Notes: generated from the sequence alone by a model not told the origin. DNA of 64,000 nucleotides from Glaucostegus cemiculus (GCA_976551045.1 CDPCPM010000056.1:19406001-19470000); one strand, 5' to 3'. Counted from the first letter of the stretch, positions 12,293-26,469 are shown. Program-made: numbers and translations.

Positions 12293-15200
12293 CAGCTGGA
12301 AGAACAGGAGATAGCAAATAACTGTAATTTAGTTCACCAATCCTATAATTATAGGGACAGTCTGCATTTTGTTTGTTTGCAGTTTTCAAAGCTACTAAAA
12401 GGACACAATTTGAAAAGGCTTTCCTAGCCAGTGGGTCATTTCAATCATGGTTTTGTTCACAGTTTAAACCATCCTTTCCACTAACTTAAACAAAAATCTG
12501 GAAGTAAAGACAAATTTTAACTTTATCCAACTCTGGCAAAGACGTATGTAATTTCTTTAAGTATAGAATTCTAGGAAATGGCATGGAGTGCAATGTGTGG
12601 GGTTGCCACAGACCTCCTAGCATAACTTCCCAGTCTTGGCCACAGAAACTTTGAGTGTGGGGGGTACATTATCTGTGGTGGTGGGATTTGAGATGCTAGC
12701 AGTTGGAGGTCATGCAACAGTTGGCAACCTGCCAGCAATGTGATACCCGAATACTGATAGTGGCCGCTCTTTCCAAGTTAAATAAAGATATTGATAATGA
12801 AGTTCTTTTTGTAAAATATAAACTGAAAGCAAGCTTATGGTATATTAATGCAGTATACTTTCAATCATGGAGAATAGGGGAGGGGTGTTGGTTTCATGAA
12901 TATGCCGATTGCGTGAGAATTGCTCAAAAACTATGGTACATCATCACTAGTATTTTAGGCATAAACTAATAAATAGATTGCTGAACTATATGTCATCTCT
13001 TATCCTTTTAAGTAACAATATTTTACACATCAACTCTATATTTAAGGCTAAACAATATTAATGTACAATACAGCAAAAATAAATCAAATGAATTCCTGTG
13101 CTCACCATCGCATGAAGTACTAAATCTTCAAAGAGAATGTTGCTGTTAATCAGCCTACAAGTGCACAACCCTTATGTAAAAATATAAATAATCTAAAATT
13201 CTTTTCATAGCTATTTTGCGTAACACTTGAAATAAACTTCACCGTTTGAGTTTATTTTCAAAAAGACAGATTTTTGCCAGTTGTGTGAGAATTCTGATGC
13301 ATGAATACCAGATAAACGAGAGTTTACTGTAGTAGCAACTTACATTTCTAAATTACCTCTAATGCAGAACAATGTGTCTAGCGTGGGAGGTCCTCGCTGT
13401 TCTGAAAATCTAGTTGTGAGAACTGCAGGCAAGTTAGGAACCCAGTGGGTCCTATCCAGATTCCATTTTAACCTCCTCATCTGTATATTTCATTCCTACC
13501 AGACAGGCAGGGTAGTAATTAGAGCTTGCATCTTTAGTAGTTGCCCTCATGAAGGGGTCTTAAAAGGGTCAGAGTGTAACAGCCACTCTTCAAGAGTGCA
13601 ATACACAGTTAATGCTTATGTAAACTGGAAATTGACTCAATGCAAACTTTGTGCTTTGACCATGTTAAAGAGGGATCAACAGTTTGTAATCATCACAGGG
13701 CCTCATCAGACGAGACTGTGTCTCCTTTACTGTGTAGATTTTTGGATGGTTATTTTTCTTGCCTTGTTGTGTTTGGCCTGGTTGATCACATTTTGGAATT
13801 TGAGGACACTCTTAAAGGCCATTGACTCTAAATCACATTGCTGATTTTAAATTGAAAAATATTTCACTCTATTTCTATTTCCAGTTGTTTGCTATTTTTG
13901 ATGAGAAATGTAACATGGTGTATCCATTATTTCCGGCACTTCTAATAAAACTAAATTGGGCTTATATTTACATGAAGGTCATTTAAAATAGCGCACTAGA
14001 GGCTTCAATAAAACAGTTTGTGTTTCATTGGGCTTGATATGGCTCACATTCATTTCTGTGTCAACTAAAAGGTGGAAGTTAATTTTAACAAATATTTGCT
14101 TCATTTTATAACTTCTCATTACCTCCAGTGTCACATAGCTTCCCCAAATGAAGGGGTGAACCAGACCTGCATCCAGGTTAATGTTGGTGTGTAACTGCAC
14201 TACTAAAAGTTACACAACCATTGCCTTTGAAATTGAGACTCCATCCAATTCCAACCTCCCCCCCCACCCCCATCGACTCTTCATTGGAGAGAAGTCAGTG
14301 GCTGAAGTCAAATGGCTCCCCTGCGAGGAAATTGCAAAGGAATATTTGGACACTTGCCACTGGTTTAGAACCAAGCTAGCCTTTTGAAAACAACATTCAA
14401 TGTGACATTACTTGTCCAAATTTAAAACCATTTTTTCCTCTCTTTGATGACAGAGTATTGAATCAATTTAGTTCAGTGCATAACATTATAAGCATTTGAG
14501 TTGCTTTGACAGACAAATGCAGAGTATAGCACATTAGCAAATATGCAAAAATATTAGTGTATAAAATCACCCAATCATTTCATTAACATACTCTTGATGT
14601 GGAGGTATTGTGCAAAATGTCATAGCATTTCAGTTTGAGGCACTTAAATGGAAAATTTATGACAAATTTACAGTTTTATTCTCGTCTGTGTAATATCACA
14701 AACACCAAAAGTGAGTTGAGGTATTAGTTCATGCATTAGAGCAGTGATTGAGTTGTAATCTGATAATAAAGGAAGGTGTCTCTGTAAATTTGCTTTTAAT
14801 GGAAAGAAATACAAGTATAAATCTGCTGATGCTGTGATTCGTGTAGGAAGACATACTCAAAGGGAGTAAGAAGTAGAGATAAGGCTACATTAACTCTCTG
14901 ACCTTCCTGCGAGCACAACACACCACTAAGAGAGCTGGATAGGCAAGTTCTAGTTAGAAACGTTCTTCTAATAATTACACCTTCAAAAATGTACTTAAAA
15001 AAAAGTAAATTGACTTTTTTCTAGAATAACTGAATGCTGCTGTGTAAATGGAAGGTTTTGTTTAGGCTTTGACATAGATGTTCTTTGAGTAGGCCCTGCC
15101 ACCCCCTAGTAGCACAAGTATTAAACTGCCAATCAAAAGAACCAAGCAGACAGACGTGTTTGGCTACCCACAGCAAGGGGAGGGAACTCAGCATCTGTCA

Positions 15201-16051
15201 GGATATTAAAAATAATGCTTTATAATACTCCCTGTTTGTGGTCTTGCTCTATGATGCTGGTTTACCTCACATTGGATGTCTGCCAGCCTTTCAATTTGGA
15301 ACGTGTTGTAGACTAAAACATGTAGGAAATGGAGCCGTACTGTGGGGAAGTGGGAGCTGGGTTAGTTATCAGGGAATGAAAGTGAGAGGCATGCACCATA
15401 CAAGCCAGGAAATGTATTATGTACTGCAGGCCAAGAGAGGCTGCACTGTCTCAGTGTAAATTTTTATGAGTGAAATGACAGCCCATTACTGTAATCAAGG
15501 CTTGGACTGTTCTTATTTTAAAGGAACACTGTGCTTTGTTTCTCTGATAGTCCATTTAATATCTTGAGTTTGAAGACCTGGTACACAGCGAAATCAGTTA
15601 TAGGCATCACCTCAAGTCTCAAAAACAATTTGCAGTTCCTGACAAAGATCGTGCACTGTGGGAAGTTATTGGTCCAGGTCTACAAATCTAGGGCAAGAAA
15701 AATACTACTTTCCTTCTTGTGGATATTGTACTTGAATATCCTATCTTCTTTTCCTGTCCTTTTTTTTCCCAATCTCATTTGACTTTCTCCAATTGATCCG
15801 GAGGGAAGGGGGACCAGCTGAGCTGAACATGCAGTACAGTGTAAATAATTATATGATAGTTACTATTACTGTAATTGTTATAATTATTATGCATATTTTA
15901 AGAAAAGCCTCTGGAGGGAAGAGGTACAATTTATCATTGTTCACAAATGAACTGTAAAATATTCAAATTCAATTTTGAGTTAAGGTAGCAAACAAAATAT
16001 GGCTAAACTTACTGTTTTTAAAGAAATATAATATTTTATCTCTGAGGGTAA

Positions 16052-16141
16052 AGTAAGATAAGATATCTTTATTAGTCGCATGTACATCAAAACACACAGT
16101 GAAATGCATGTCACCAACATAGCATGCCCACAGCTTCCTAA
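16052..16141 (-). mobile_element. 3' fragment of the same SINE family, internally deleted
   Basis: matches 11418-11560 but lacks the middle segment. Confidence 0.8.
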
Positions 16142-16970
16142 ATATAAAAGAAGAAAAATGAATTGGTTTTTGTGAATGATTTAAATAATGAACCACTTAG
16201 ACATAAGGATTTACCTCTTCCATCCTGAGTCAGCTGGAGATGTTCAGAGGTCATTCCAGACTGGAAATCTGCAGGTGCTGGAGCTAGCTTTGGGCCAGGC
16301 TACAAGTGAGTGAACACAAGCAGCCGTTTAATAAGCTCAGCTTGTGGAGACTTTAAATGGCAGTCATATTATTTAAAACATGCATGATTCAAAAAAAGAG
16401 GAAGAAGAGGGATTTTATACTCAAGAAGATAATGATTATTAATATCATGAAGCAGATTCTTTTTTCTCTTTGAGTATCAGAATCTAACAAGATAAATACA
16501 GGAAAAAATTCTTTAAATCTCTTTAGACAAAATGTTCCTTAATTCCCAGTTGAGAAGAAGTTTTCAAGTTGCGTGGTACTTCCATCTCCCACCTGCATGA
16601 CCTCTGTAAGAGGTTCTCCCTTCAGTAACAATTTCTTCCATTGACTCTTGCCTATTGGGAATTATTTCAAGATTGCCTTATCATTAAAATCATTTGGTTT
16701 AAAACTCTTACAGAGGAGACTTCCATTCTATTAGCTCAAACTGAATTTAATCCCAGTTCCCAAAAGTGAAGAGTATTTTTTTTTAATTGAGTACACCACC
16801 CTGATCATAGCAAATATCACAAACCAGAGCTGGAAATTGTTGACAGAACTGATACTATATTGATTAGATATCTTGTTGAACAAGTTTCCAAGGTTTATTG
16901 TCACAGTAATTACATGTTAGATATCCCTTAATAATGTATTTTAAATGTTCTTTCCTATGTCTTTCTGTAG

Positions 16971-17160
16971 TGGGAAGCCGAGTGAGTCGAGAGTTAATGT
17001 ACACGCGGGAGAAACTGGGCGAGGAGACGATCTTCACCACACAGATGCTAATTCAAACCTCGAAGAAAGAAGGGGAGAATATCCTTACTCAGGAAGCATT
17101 GCTCCAGCACCTGGATGCTGCCCTTGCAGCCAGCAAAGTACAAGTCTTGCTATATGGAAA
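16971..17160 (+). CDS. ptch2: ptch2 exon ~3 (190 nt), extracellular domain 1
   Basis: ctgtag|TGGGAAGC...TATGGAAA|gtaaga; (V)[29 protein letters not shown]...KVQVLLYGK. Confidence 0.95.
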
Positions 17161-17990
17161 GTAAGAAAGCTATTACCATCAGCTATTGACTGAAGGGTTG
17201 GCTTTCAGGCAATCAGTGGGAACATAGGCTTTCAGGCGGACTTTAGGTCCAGGGTGGTTTAGCTGCTGCAGCTCATTTTAAGTTTTGCAAAAGCATTCCC
17301 CTTCCCACCTGATGGGATAATAACTCAGAGCAGCAAGGGGAGATTCCACAGCTCCTGAGGCTTTCTGATAGACCACGGTGAGTTTTGGGACCCTCTTGGC
17401 CATAACAGTATGAAGGTATCTTCAACTATCCCACTAGCCTCTGATCTGTTTCACCTCATTGAAATAGACCCCAGCCTGAATCCACCTTGCCTGCTATCAA
17501 AGCCAGCAGTATTAATCTTGGAAACTGAGCTTGTCCATCCATCCCAACCCACCTAGCAAGGAGTCTTAAAATCTGCCCCCACCCATTTGGTTTATGGGGG
17601 CAGTTGATCTGATATCACCCATTATATGCTGCCTCTGATGATGAAGGTAGCGTATAACCATCTTGAGATTAGTAGGTGGGAAGTGGCCTGATCTGAGTCT
17701 TTATTGCTTCATCTGACTGATTACATAGCACAAAGTGATATACCTCCCTCTCAGTCTGTCTGTTTTGCCTCATATCATTATCTAATAACAAGTAATAGCT
17801 TGTCCAGCTTCTTAATTTTGGTGGAAGGGTGGGTAATGAGGGAATATTATCCACAAAATATTTAATTCAAGTTCTTCATGGTCAGGCATGCAGAGCAGTA
17901 ATGTGTATGTGTATACATTCAGTAATTAGCATTGCTGGCTGCGTCAGTGTACTGTTTAACCAGGTCATTGGCCTTTAACCTTTCTTTCAG

Positions 17991-18060
17991 GTCCTGGGAT
18001 TTAAACAAAATCTGTTACAAATCTGGAGTGCCTATCATTGAGAATGGAATGATTGAGCGA
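17991..18060 (+). CDS. ptch2: ptch2 exon ~4 (70 nt)
   Basis: tttcag|GTCCTGG...GAGCGA|gtgagt; SWDLNKICYKSGVPIIENGMIER. Confidence 0.95.
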
Positions 18061-20934
18061 GTGAGTACAGCAAAAAAATTATACTTTGCTATCTCTACAG
18101 TGATTCTTTACTCTCAGGAGCTTTATGTTTTTACTCATTTTTTTTCTGGTAGTTGTTCAAGTGGCATCATATCCAGGGAACCATTCCTTATGCATTCAGT
18201 TTTATGGCTTTTTCAGCTCTATTTCCAAAATGTGCCCAATGCTTTTGTTGTGTGCTAAATCTCTGAATGGATTAAAGCTGGAATAAAAAATCCTTTCACT
18301 CTGATTTAGTTCAGTTCAGTAGTGTTATATTAAAGTGATGATTTAGCAATGGAGTGTTAGTTCATCTTAAAAAAGTAATAAATATTCCAGTGTCCAACCT
18401 GCTGGAGCAATATTTAGATTGTGTAGTTATTAAACTAGAATTAATATTTGAAGGCTGGATTTACAAATGTGGGTCAATGATAAAAGAGCATCTTACTAGT
18501 CCCCTTACAATTATTACTATCTAAACATGCTAAGTAATGGTTAGTAACTTACCTCTCCTATATTCTCACCATTTTTTTTCACTTCTATTCCATAATGCTC
18601 TTATCTCCCTGCTGATCATCCTTGAGTACTTTGTCCAAAAAGCTGGAATTCATACATCAGCTTTGACATTATTGCATGATCACAGGAGAATTGCAGAGGA
18701 GCTCAATCCTCCCATCTTCTAGGCCATCCTCACGTACCTGTGCTTCCAGTTGAGGTCCCCAGGTAATAAGGTTAGGACTAAAAGCAATGGCTCACAATCA
18801 CTCTTCTAAACCAAGGGTGCTGAGGTCAAATAAAGCAGTCATCCAAACATGCTGTTCAGCCAATTTAGGCAGGATCAGGACCTCTCTTAGTTCGGCTGCT
18901 CACTACATCAGTTCACTGAAAGATTGGGAAAGACATTTAGTGCCTTAACTACATTAGCAATTCAAATAAATCTCTATGCTTTAACTAATGCACCTCATTA
19001 ACAAGCCTATCCCTCGTGTTCACACCTTAGACCAGTAACCTCTTGAAGGGCAAAAGAGTTAATTTAATCTCATGACGGGAGCAATGCAGATTTTTTTTAA
19101 ATAATGCTCCCATGTGGAGATCCTGGCATGATATGACACTATGGTATTGTATACAATGGAACTTGCATGTTGCTGTCAGGATTTCAAAGCCAGCTAGTAT
19201 GATCAAGATGCAGAGGCAGAAGGCTGATGACAGGCTGTCCTGATTTATGGCTAGCTAATGGTTTTGGAGTTCAATGTAGTTTCTGCCAACCTAGCCTCTA
19301 TATGCTCTGGCGGAAGAGGATGTTTGGCACACACTGTCATTAATTATTTCCTCAGTTTTCTGTTCTCCCTCCTAACCAACTTCCACACACCCCCCCCCCC
19401 ACCCCGATCAGTCACACAAGTGCAAATTACAAATGAATATAGTACTGACTACAGTGGTAAAAGCAGATCAAAAACACTACACTGTATAAGGTAAGTGATT
19501 AACCTAGAAGAAAAATGAGAGATTATTGTAGCCTTTTAAGTCCAGGTTTGACACTCAGTCATACAGTTTCTGGCTGAACTCAAAACTCATAAAAGCACAT
19601 TGTTAAATAAAGGTGTCTCATTTCTGTCATTACTTGCCTCCTCCCTGTTTACTTTTCTGATCTGTAGTTTAAACTTGAGGGTGAAATTCAGCATGGACAA
19701 AATTGAATGTTTAAAGGAAGCCGGATAGTTACCATTTGTTTTGCCGCTTGGGTCTTTGCATTCTTGGGTCTGCAGAGTGGTAGCCCCTGATTTAAGAGCA
19801 ATGGGGCACTGTCACACATGGACCAGGGACTGATGACTTAAAGGAAGACATTTTCCATCAGTGATTTCACCTCATTGCAGTTGTACTTTTTATTTGCCAG
19901 TTCTCTTGCTGTGATACAAGGGAATGTAATGGCCTTATTTACATTTTTCTGGTTAACTGCCTGATCCACACGACTGTAAGAGGCATCTGTCTGGTTGCCA
20001 ACAGACGATAGTTGGGCTCTGATAAGTTACGAGTGGAGGTTTGCGGGTTTGAGCAGAGACCAGTGGGTGAGGGGAAGACATGGCGAGAAGAGGCTGCAAA
20101 ACTCCCCTGTGGGATCTTCTGTATCTGCTCTTTTCCAGTCCGACAGAGAAGGGCATAAAACTTAACTATTAAGTCTTTTTCTTCTACTAATATAAATAAT
20201 TCTGTCAAAAAGCAAACTCCCCTAATAGGTATATGCAGTACTGAATGCATTATCAAGCCACTCACAAGAGAGTCAGTAATTCTGTCCCTGGCTAATACTG
20301 AATTAGCTGATCTCAGCTAGAGTGGTGGTGATGATACTATAATCCACTTTGGACTAAGGTGTGGAACCCCAGGCTGTGGTGCTCTTGATGTTCCATTACT
20401 GATCAACATGTTTTTGTCAACCCCTGGTGAGGACGCAATCAAATTCAGCTTTGAAGGACCTCATGAATGAATTGCCTGTCGACAGGACTGTACATGAGCA
20501 ATGACTATTTGGGATGAGGAATGGAAGGATTATCATTGCCTTAGGAAAGTACCCCCTCAGCTGAGTCACCCTGTATGAAGTTGGGCCTGTCAGGGTAAAC
20601 CTTCCGTTAGATCTAAGTCTTCATCTATTGAGAATTACTTTGGCACCCTGGTACTATCTCATCAGCGACATTGCAATTTATTGAGAAACTTGATGGTCAA
20701 TACAGTGACAAGAAGCTCGAGTATCAAAGTAGCAGCATTGGTGGACTTGGTAATACCTTCGTTGTCCCCACATTCCTAACACTAAAAGTATTTAACTCAA
20801 TAACAGAATCCATTTAATGAAAATCAGCAGAAAATAGAGTTAGTGAATCACTTGTTGCCATTTTTCTTCTTTATAGCCTTGTTTAAGATAAAATGTAACC
20901 ACATTTGTTCTCTTGCTTTGCCTCCACCACCTAG

Positions 20935-21026
20935 ATGATTGAGAAGCTTTTTCCCTGTGTTATTCTAACTCCCTTAGACTGTTTCTGGGATGGTGCCAAG
21001 CTTCAAGGAGGTTCTGCCTACCTACC
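20935..21026 (+). CDS. ptch2: ptch2 exon ~5 (92 nt)
   Basis: acctag|ATGATT...CCTACC|gtaagt; [31 protein letters not shown]. Absent from the ORF track; translated by hand. Confidence 0.95.
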
Positions 21027-21678
21027 GTAAGTACGACTGCGTTAATTATTATGTTTCTGGGGTTTTAGGGATTGGTCCTCTAAAAATGACACACTGGACA
21101 TTTCTCCCAAGTTTTTGGTCTGAATTAAAGTGGTGAGAGGCTGAACAATGGGTTGCATTCTTCCCCTGCGAAGTGGTTACTTGTCAGGCGGAGCAGAGAG
21201 ACCCATGGGAATTCTTTGTCAACAGACGGTAACTGAAGTTATTCTCATGCTAATCTGAACCTTATTGCTGCAAGTTGCCCAACAAATAAAATGTACACAT
21301 TATTCATTCCACGGGCCCTATTTAAAAATGCCCCTGAGAAGAAAAAAGCCCTCTTTCGATTAAAATCAGCTCACTTGACAGCATTCCACCCTTGAAAGAT
21401 TTTGCACAGCTTTTTTTGTGTTTACTCTGTCAGTGTTAAACTGACACTGACTCTTATTCTTCCTGAATTTTTTTATTTAAATCACCATGTACGTGTGACG
21501 TTTTCAGTGTTTAGCATCTTTTGAGTTGGTTTTCTTGCTTGCTCCGATCCACAGAACTTTGCCAATTTCATCTCTCCCAACAACCTTACCCCACCCCCTC
21601 CCCAGCCTTTGGTGCCGAGGGTAAGCCTGTGTGTGCTGTCAGCTTCCGCTTCAGTTCAGTCAGTTCGAAATACGCGAG

Positions 21679-21693
21679 TGAGAGAGAGAGAGG

Positions 21694-21727
<34 letters not shown>
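21679..21727. repeat. (GA)n microsatellite
   Basis: direct reading. Confidence 0.9.
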
Positions 21728-24700
21728 AAAGGAAAACAAAGAATGGCAATCTATTCTCAAACATACAAAAACAAAAGGGCTTGAGCAGGCTCACTCAAGC
21801 AAGAAATAGGAGATAAAGGAGCCTCTCTTCGGTTGCAGTAGAAGGGGTTGCTGGTATGTGGGAATCAGAAAAAGCTTGCTTCATGCGATGCCTTGCTCAT
21901 GAATTATTGGAGTGTCATTCTGGCAGAAATGGACTTTTTCTCCTCGTCTTCTATTCGAGATGTCCTGTGCACTCACATTTTCAACTGGGGGGGGGGGAAG
22001 TTAAAATCATTGGTAGGTTTTGTTTATGATAAATCTGTTGAAGGAGACTTAAAAAGAAGCTCTCAACAAAATATGGCAGTCCCAATAATTAAAGAACATT
22101 TTAATTATTTCATTGTGTGGAACTTTGCTCTCAGCTTGGCAGGTACTTTTAAACTCAGGAGGTATCATTAACTGACAGCAAAGTCCTTTTTTTGTTAAGC
22201 AAGCATCTGAAAAAACACTTTTTTAAGGTTTTCCTTACAGACACCGAAACATCAGGTCATTAATGATCAAGAGCATTTCATGGCCATGTGCAAATGCTAT
22301 TGATAATTAATGATCTGATGTTTTGCAGTCTTGCACATCTCATGGGAAAGGCGTGGAATTCAGTCCCCAGGATCTCCATAACCTCGCAGAATCCCAGACT
22401 GAAAAGCAGGAGCAAGACTTATCCATTTGTCCTATTTATTTGTTACTAAACTTTACACCTGTGTCAATGATGTCAAAGATGTTGCTTCTCTTGTGCAGAC
22501 ATCATCACGCATTAAGGAGCTGAAATCTGCCACCAGTCAGCATCTGTTGACAGCCACTTGCAGGCACAGTAAAACACCCCTTTCAAAATTCCTCTGGCTT
22601 CAATGGTGTAACATACCATATACTATTAAATGAAAACAAATGATAAAAAAAACAATTTTAAGATTGTTCCATGATTTCAATTGTTTGACGATAGTTTGAA
22701 AGCTTTTCAACATTTGTGCACTTTATGCTTAAGTACCATGCTATAGTCACTTCATGGTGTCCATTATTCTATAACACATCAAGGTAACATTTATGTTATT
22801 TACTTGAGTTATACAAGTAAAAAGTAAAAAGTTATAGAAATAAATTGAACTACACATTGACATGCCTCTCACGCCACCAGAAAACCTTCCCTCCCAACTT
22901 TCCTACACCCTCTCCACTACATCCAGTAAAGAAGCTAAGAGAGACCTGACAGTTCTGAAGGACTTTATTAGGTCTTGTCGTGGTGGAGAGAGGCAGGCTG
23001 TGGAGGAGGGAGCAGGGTCTATGTCGGAACCTCTTCCATCCTGCTTTCTCGAGTCCAGTTTTCTGCTCAGCTCCCAAATGGTGATGAGCTGGCAGCAGTG
23101 GGTATTGAAATGCACTGAAATGAGAAGAAAAGGGAGAGAAAAAAAAGACACTCTTTGTGGTGACGGGAGAAAACCGTACAAAAGGATATTTTACAGATGA
23201 AGAGATTAATGATTTAATGTGGCTGAGAAGAGAGCTGTTACACGGAGAGTGGGAGGAGGAATGAGCACAATGGGGGAGGGGGAGAGACACAATCTAGAGT
23301 GGCAGCCAGCGTTGGAGACCGCAGGACTCTGTTTGTGGGGCGTAATCTGATTATTTAGAGGAAAGACCTTTAATGAAAAATTAATTTGATCGGGCCTGAC
23401 ACATAGCCTGGGTAAGTGCAGGTGGAGAGTGCCTGCTGAAGGAAAATGGGTTTATTAAAACATCACTTAATTGCAGCAGAGTTTGCGGTCTTAAGCAGAA
23501 GGACATTAATCCCATCTTTAAAGAAACACTAACGTGGGAACACAATTCTATTGCTTTGCTACATCAGGTATCAAAATGCTTTATAAAATAAGTTATTTTT
23601 TGGCAGTTCAGCTAATTGTTATACCTCTTCTACTGGGTAATTCTGTACAGTGTGAAACATTAACACACATGAATAAAATATCTCCATCTGCTACTATAAC
23701 AAACATTATACAAGCTATGTTGCATTAATATCTTTGCATAATAATTTTGAACAGTGAGTTATGGCTCCGTTTATTTGTGTTCACAATGTAATTCATTTTT
23801 AATTTTGATATCTTTCTCTTGAGTTTTTGATTAGTTTTACAGGTGATTTTGTCATAATGTTTCAGCTATTCTTTAGCTTTATTTTCTCTAAAATAAAGCC
23901 TGCAGGCAGAAAGGTTCATAGGTAGGGCTCCCTCTTAAAGCATTATCAAAGGGTCTGCTCCGCTCACTTGCAGGTTGCTTTGTATTACCTTTTACAAGTT
24001 ACCTCATTACCTATCCCAACAATGTCAAAAGATGTGGAGCTGATCTGTTCCTTGCCTTCATTGCAGGAATTTAAAATGGCCCAGGACAGATCACAGAGCA
24101 CTCGTATCAAGACATTTGAAAGTTCCCCAGTAATTGTCATGTCTCACTGCACAAAGTTAAGAAATGTGAGTGGGCAGCGCGGCCTGATCAGGCTTTCCCT
24201 CACTTTGTTCCTGCATAATGGGATAATACATGGTCTTTTACTCTGCATCTGGCAATGATATAAGCTTAGAGGAGAAGGTACCTCTATGGGTAAATGTAGT
24301 CAATTGGAAGCACTTGCTGACAGACCACCTCAATCTGTTTTGTAATACATTTGGAAGTGGAGAGCATGCTAACATTGAGAAAACAGCATTTTCATTTTTT
24401 TAAGAATATCAAAAGTCAGGGCCTCCTCCATTTTTTTGGCCACTTCATGGTTAGTGTGGGGAAGCAGCTGTGGTGGAATTGCATGAAACATTGGACTGTT
24501 TCAATGATTCCAGCATGATTAGCATCTTTAGAATGTGATTGGAGGCTGTATCCTTTCAGGGCAAACAGTTCCCTTTGACAGAAGTTACCTGTAGATTTGC
24601 TTTCTCCCCTAAGAACATCATTAGCAGTGTTTTGTAATGGAAGCACACAGTGATCAGAAGAACTTAGTGACATGGGGGAGGTGTCTTCTGTTTACTGTTT

Positions 24701-25489
24701 GTAGCCAAGTTATACATGCATTCTTCATACATGTGTTTTTGATTTCACTACAAGTAGTGAACAGAGGAAATCATGCACAGTAACTTAAAGAGATATTATC
24801 ACTTCTATAAAGAGGGAGTCTTGTCATCAGTAGCCCTCATTGTAAAGTGGACAGTTAAAAAGATTTATGATTGTCAATAATATTTCTTTCTGCAATGTCT
24901 ATTTTTATTGGGGATTTTTTGAGGAGTGGATTTTTTTTATTGAAACTGGAATATTATCAACAACAGAATTAACAGCGTAGCTGCTAAATTTGACAGTAGG
25001 GGACGTAATGAATTAACACCCACAGCTGAAATGACAACAGGCAAAACAAAAAATATAGAGGTTCACCAGGTTAATGATAATTCATCTGCTATACATCATC
25101 TCACTTTGCAACTCCTCCAACATGCCCAATACTCACTGATACATTACATAAAAAGCAATACATAAAACTAAAATAGAACCTGTCAGGAAACCATTTTTAG
25201 GAGTTACTGATTGGGAAGCATGCCCATTAACAAAGATACTTGATATTTGAACTCCTTCTGTAAATGGCATCTGCCTCATTATATTGAAAAAGTTCCAAAA
25301 GCAACTTTAGTTGTTCAAAGAATCTTTGAAGAAACTTGGCAAAGTACTTATAACACCTGGCAACATCTCTTGAAACCAGTAATAAAGTTAGCATGAGGGT
25401 GGGATCCTTGATTTAGAATCCTTATGCCTTTATGTTAAAATGAAATTTACAAAACTTATTTACATGGTACCTTCTATGTCCTTTCAGGA

Positions 25490-25570
25490 TATCTAAAAGC
25501 ACTCAAAGCCAACAAAGTACTTTTGAAGTGCAGTAATTTTTATAATTAAGGAACATTTCAGCATCCTCCT
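25490..25570 (-). mobile_element. DeuSINE-like (SacSINE/AmnSINE-type) 3' relic
   Basis: aaagcactcaaagccaacaaagtacttttgaagtgcagt resembles the reverse complement of the Deu-domain 3' region as I recall it. Confidence 0.5.
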
Positions 25571-26242
25571 GTAAACAGCAGTTCAAACATGCAGAGATGC
25601 AGACTGCTTGAGTCAGTAGGGTTATGTCTGATGGTGCCTTCCCACTAACTCTGAAGCTGGTTGGGGAGCATCATGTTTACATAGACTAGTCAGGTGTGAG
25701 TGTCACTTTGGTTCTATCTCCAATGTAAAATTGCCCATGCCAACTCAAAGATTCAGCACTTTCCTACTAGTCAGGTGGAGTGCAATGGAGTTGGGAAGGT
25801 AGCCACTAATGAGAGTAGTGAGTTTTTTCAAGTGGAGGACATAGTCTTAAAACAATGAATATTACTAAACTTTTGCAGTGCTGATAATGATGTATTTTAC
25901 AATGAGTAATTATTAACTTTGATCTGTCCTTCAGTGCAGCACTCCATCTACTGGCTTTGGTTAGAACCATCAAAAGTTGACTGTAAATATCAGTCAGGAC
26001 CAGATTTTGAACTTAAAGCTTGTTGGTTGAGCATGCAACAACTTGTCCACGACCCATTCCATTTAACTTCAGTGAAAGAGTTCAAGCCTCATGATAACTA
26101 ATACAGTTAATGCACAGTTTGTTCAGCCTGTTTACAGGCTACTGGTTACAGACAAACCCAGGACAGTGTTTCATTGGTATCATGTGGAGATAGAAAAGCA
26201 TATGTGTTACCAGCAAAAATTAATATGTATTTCTTTCAGCAG

Positions 26243-26438
26243 AGGAAAGCCAGATATTCAATGGACGAACCTTGACCCTGTGCAGCTCCTGGATGAACTG
26301 GGGCAGTTTACATCTTTGGAAGGATTCAGGGAGATGCTAGATAAGGCACAAGTAGGACATGCCTACATGGACAGGCTTTGCTTACAACCAGTTGACTCTG
26401 AGTGCCCCATGACTGCCCGAAACAAAAAATCACTGGAG
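26243..26438 (+). CDS. ptch2: ptch2 exon ~6 (196 nt; 199 nt if the upstream CAG is used, start 26240)
   Basis: ttcagcag|AGGAAAG...CTGGAG|gtaaga; GKPDIQWTNLDPVQLLDELGQFTSLEGFREMLDKAQVGHAYMDRLCLQPVDSECPMTARNKKSLE. Confidence 0.92.
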
Positions 26439-26469
26439 GTAAGACATTTGCCAATTGTATCATCAACAG

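Noticed and set aside
13362-13844. 160-aa ORF
   Set aside because: No recognisable homology or splice context; likely random.
15095-15115. CTCF-like motifs (also ~54933 and ~63207)
   Set aside because: Several mismatches to the core; not distinguishable from chance by eye.
1-16970. ptch2 exons 1-2 or a separate upstream gene
   Set aside because: No match to the expected exon 2 peptide (APLWLRA...LWVE) and no credible ORF; treated as a long intron 2.
22850-23290. ORFs on both strands (92-146 aa)
   Set aside because: No domain similarity; purine-rich non-coding composition.
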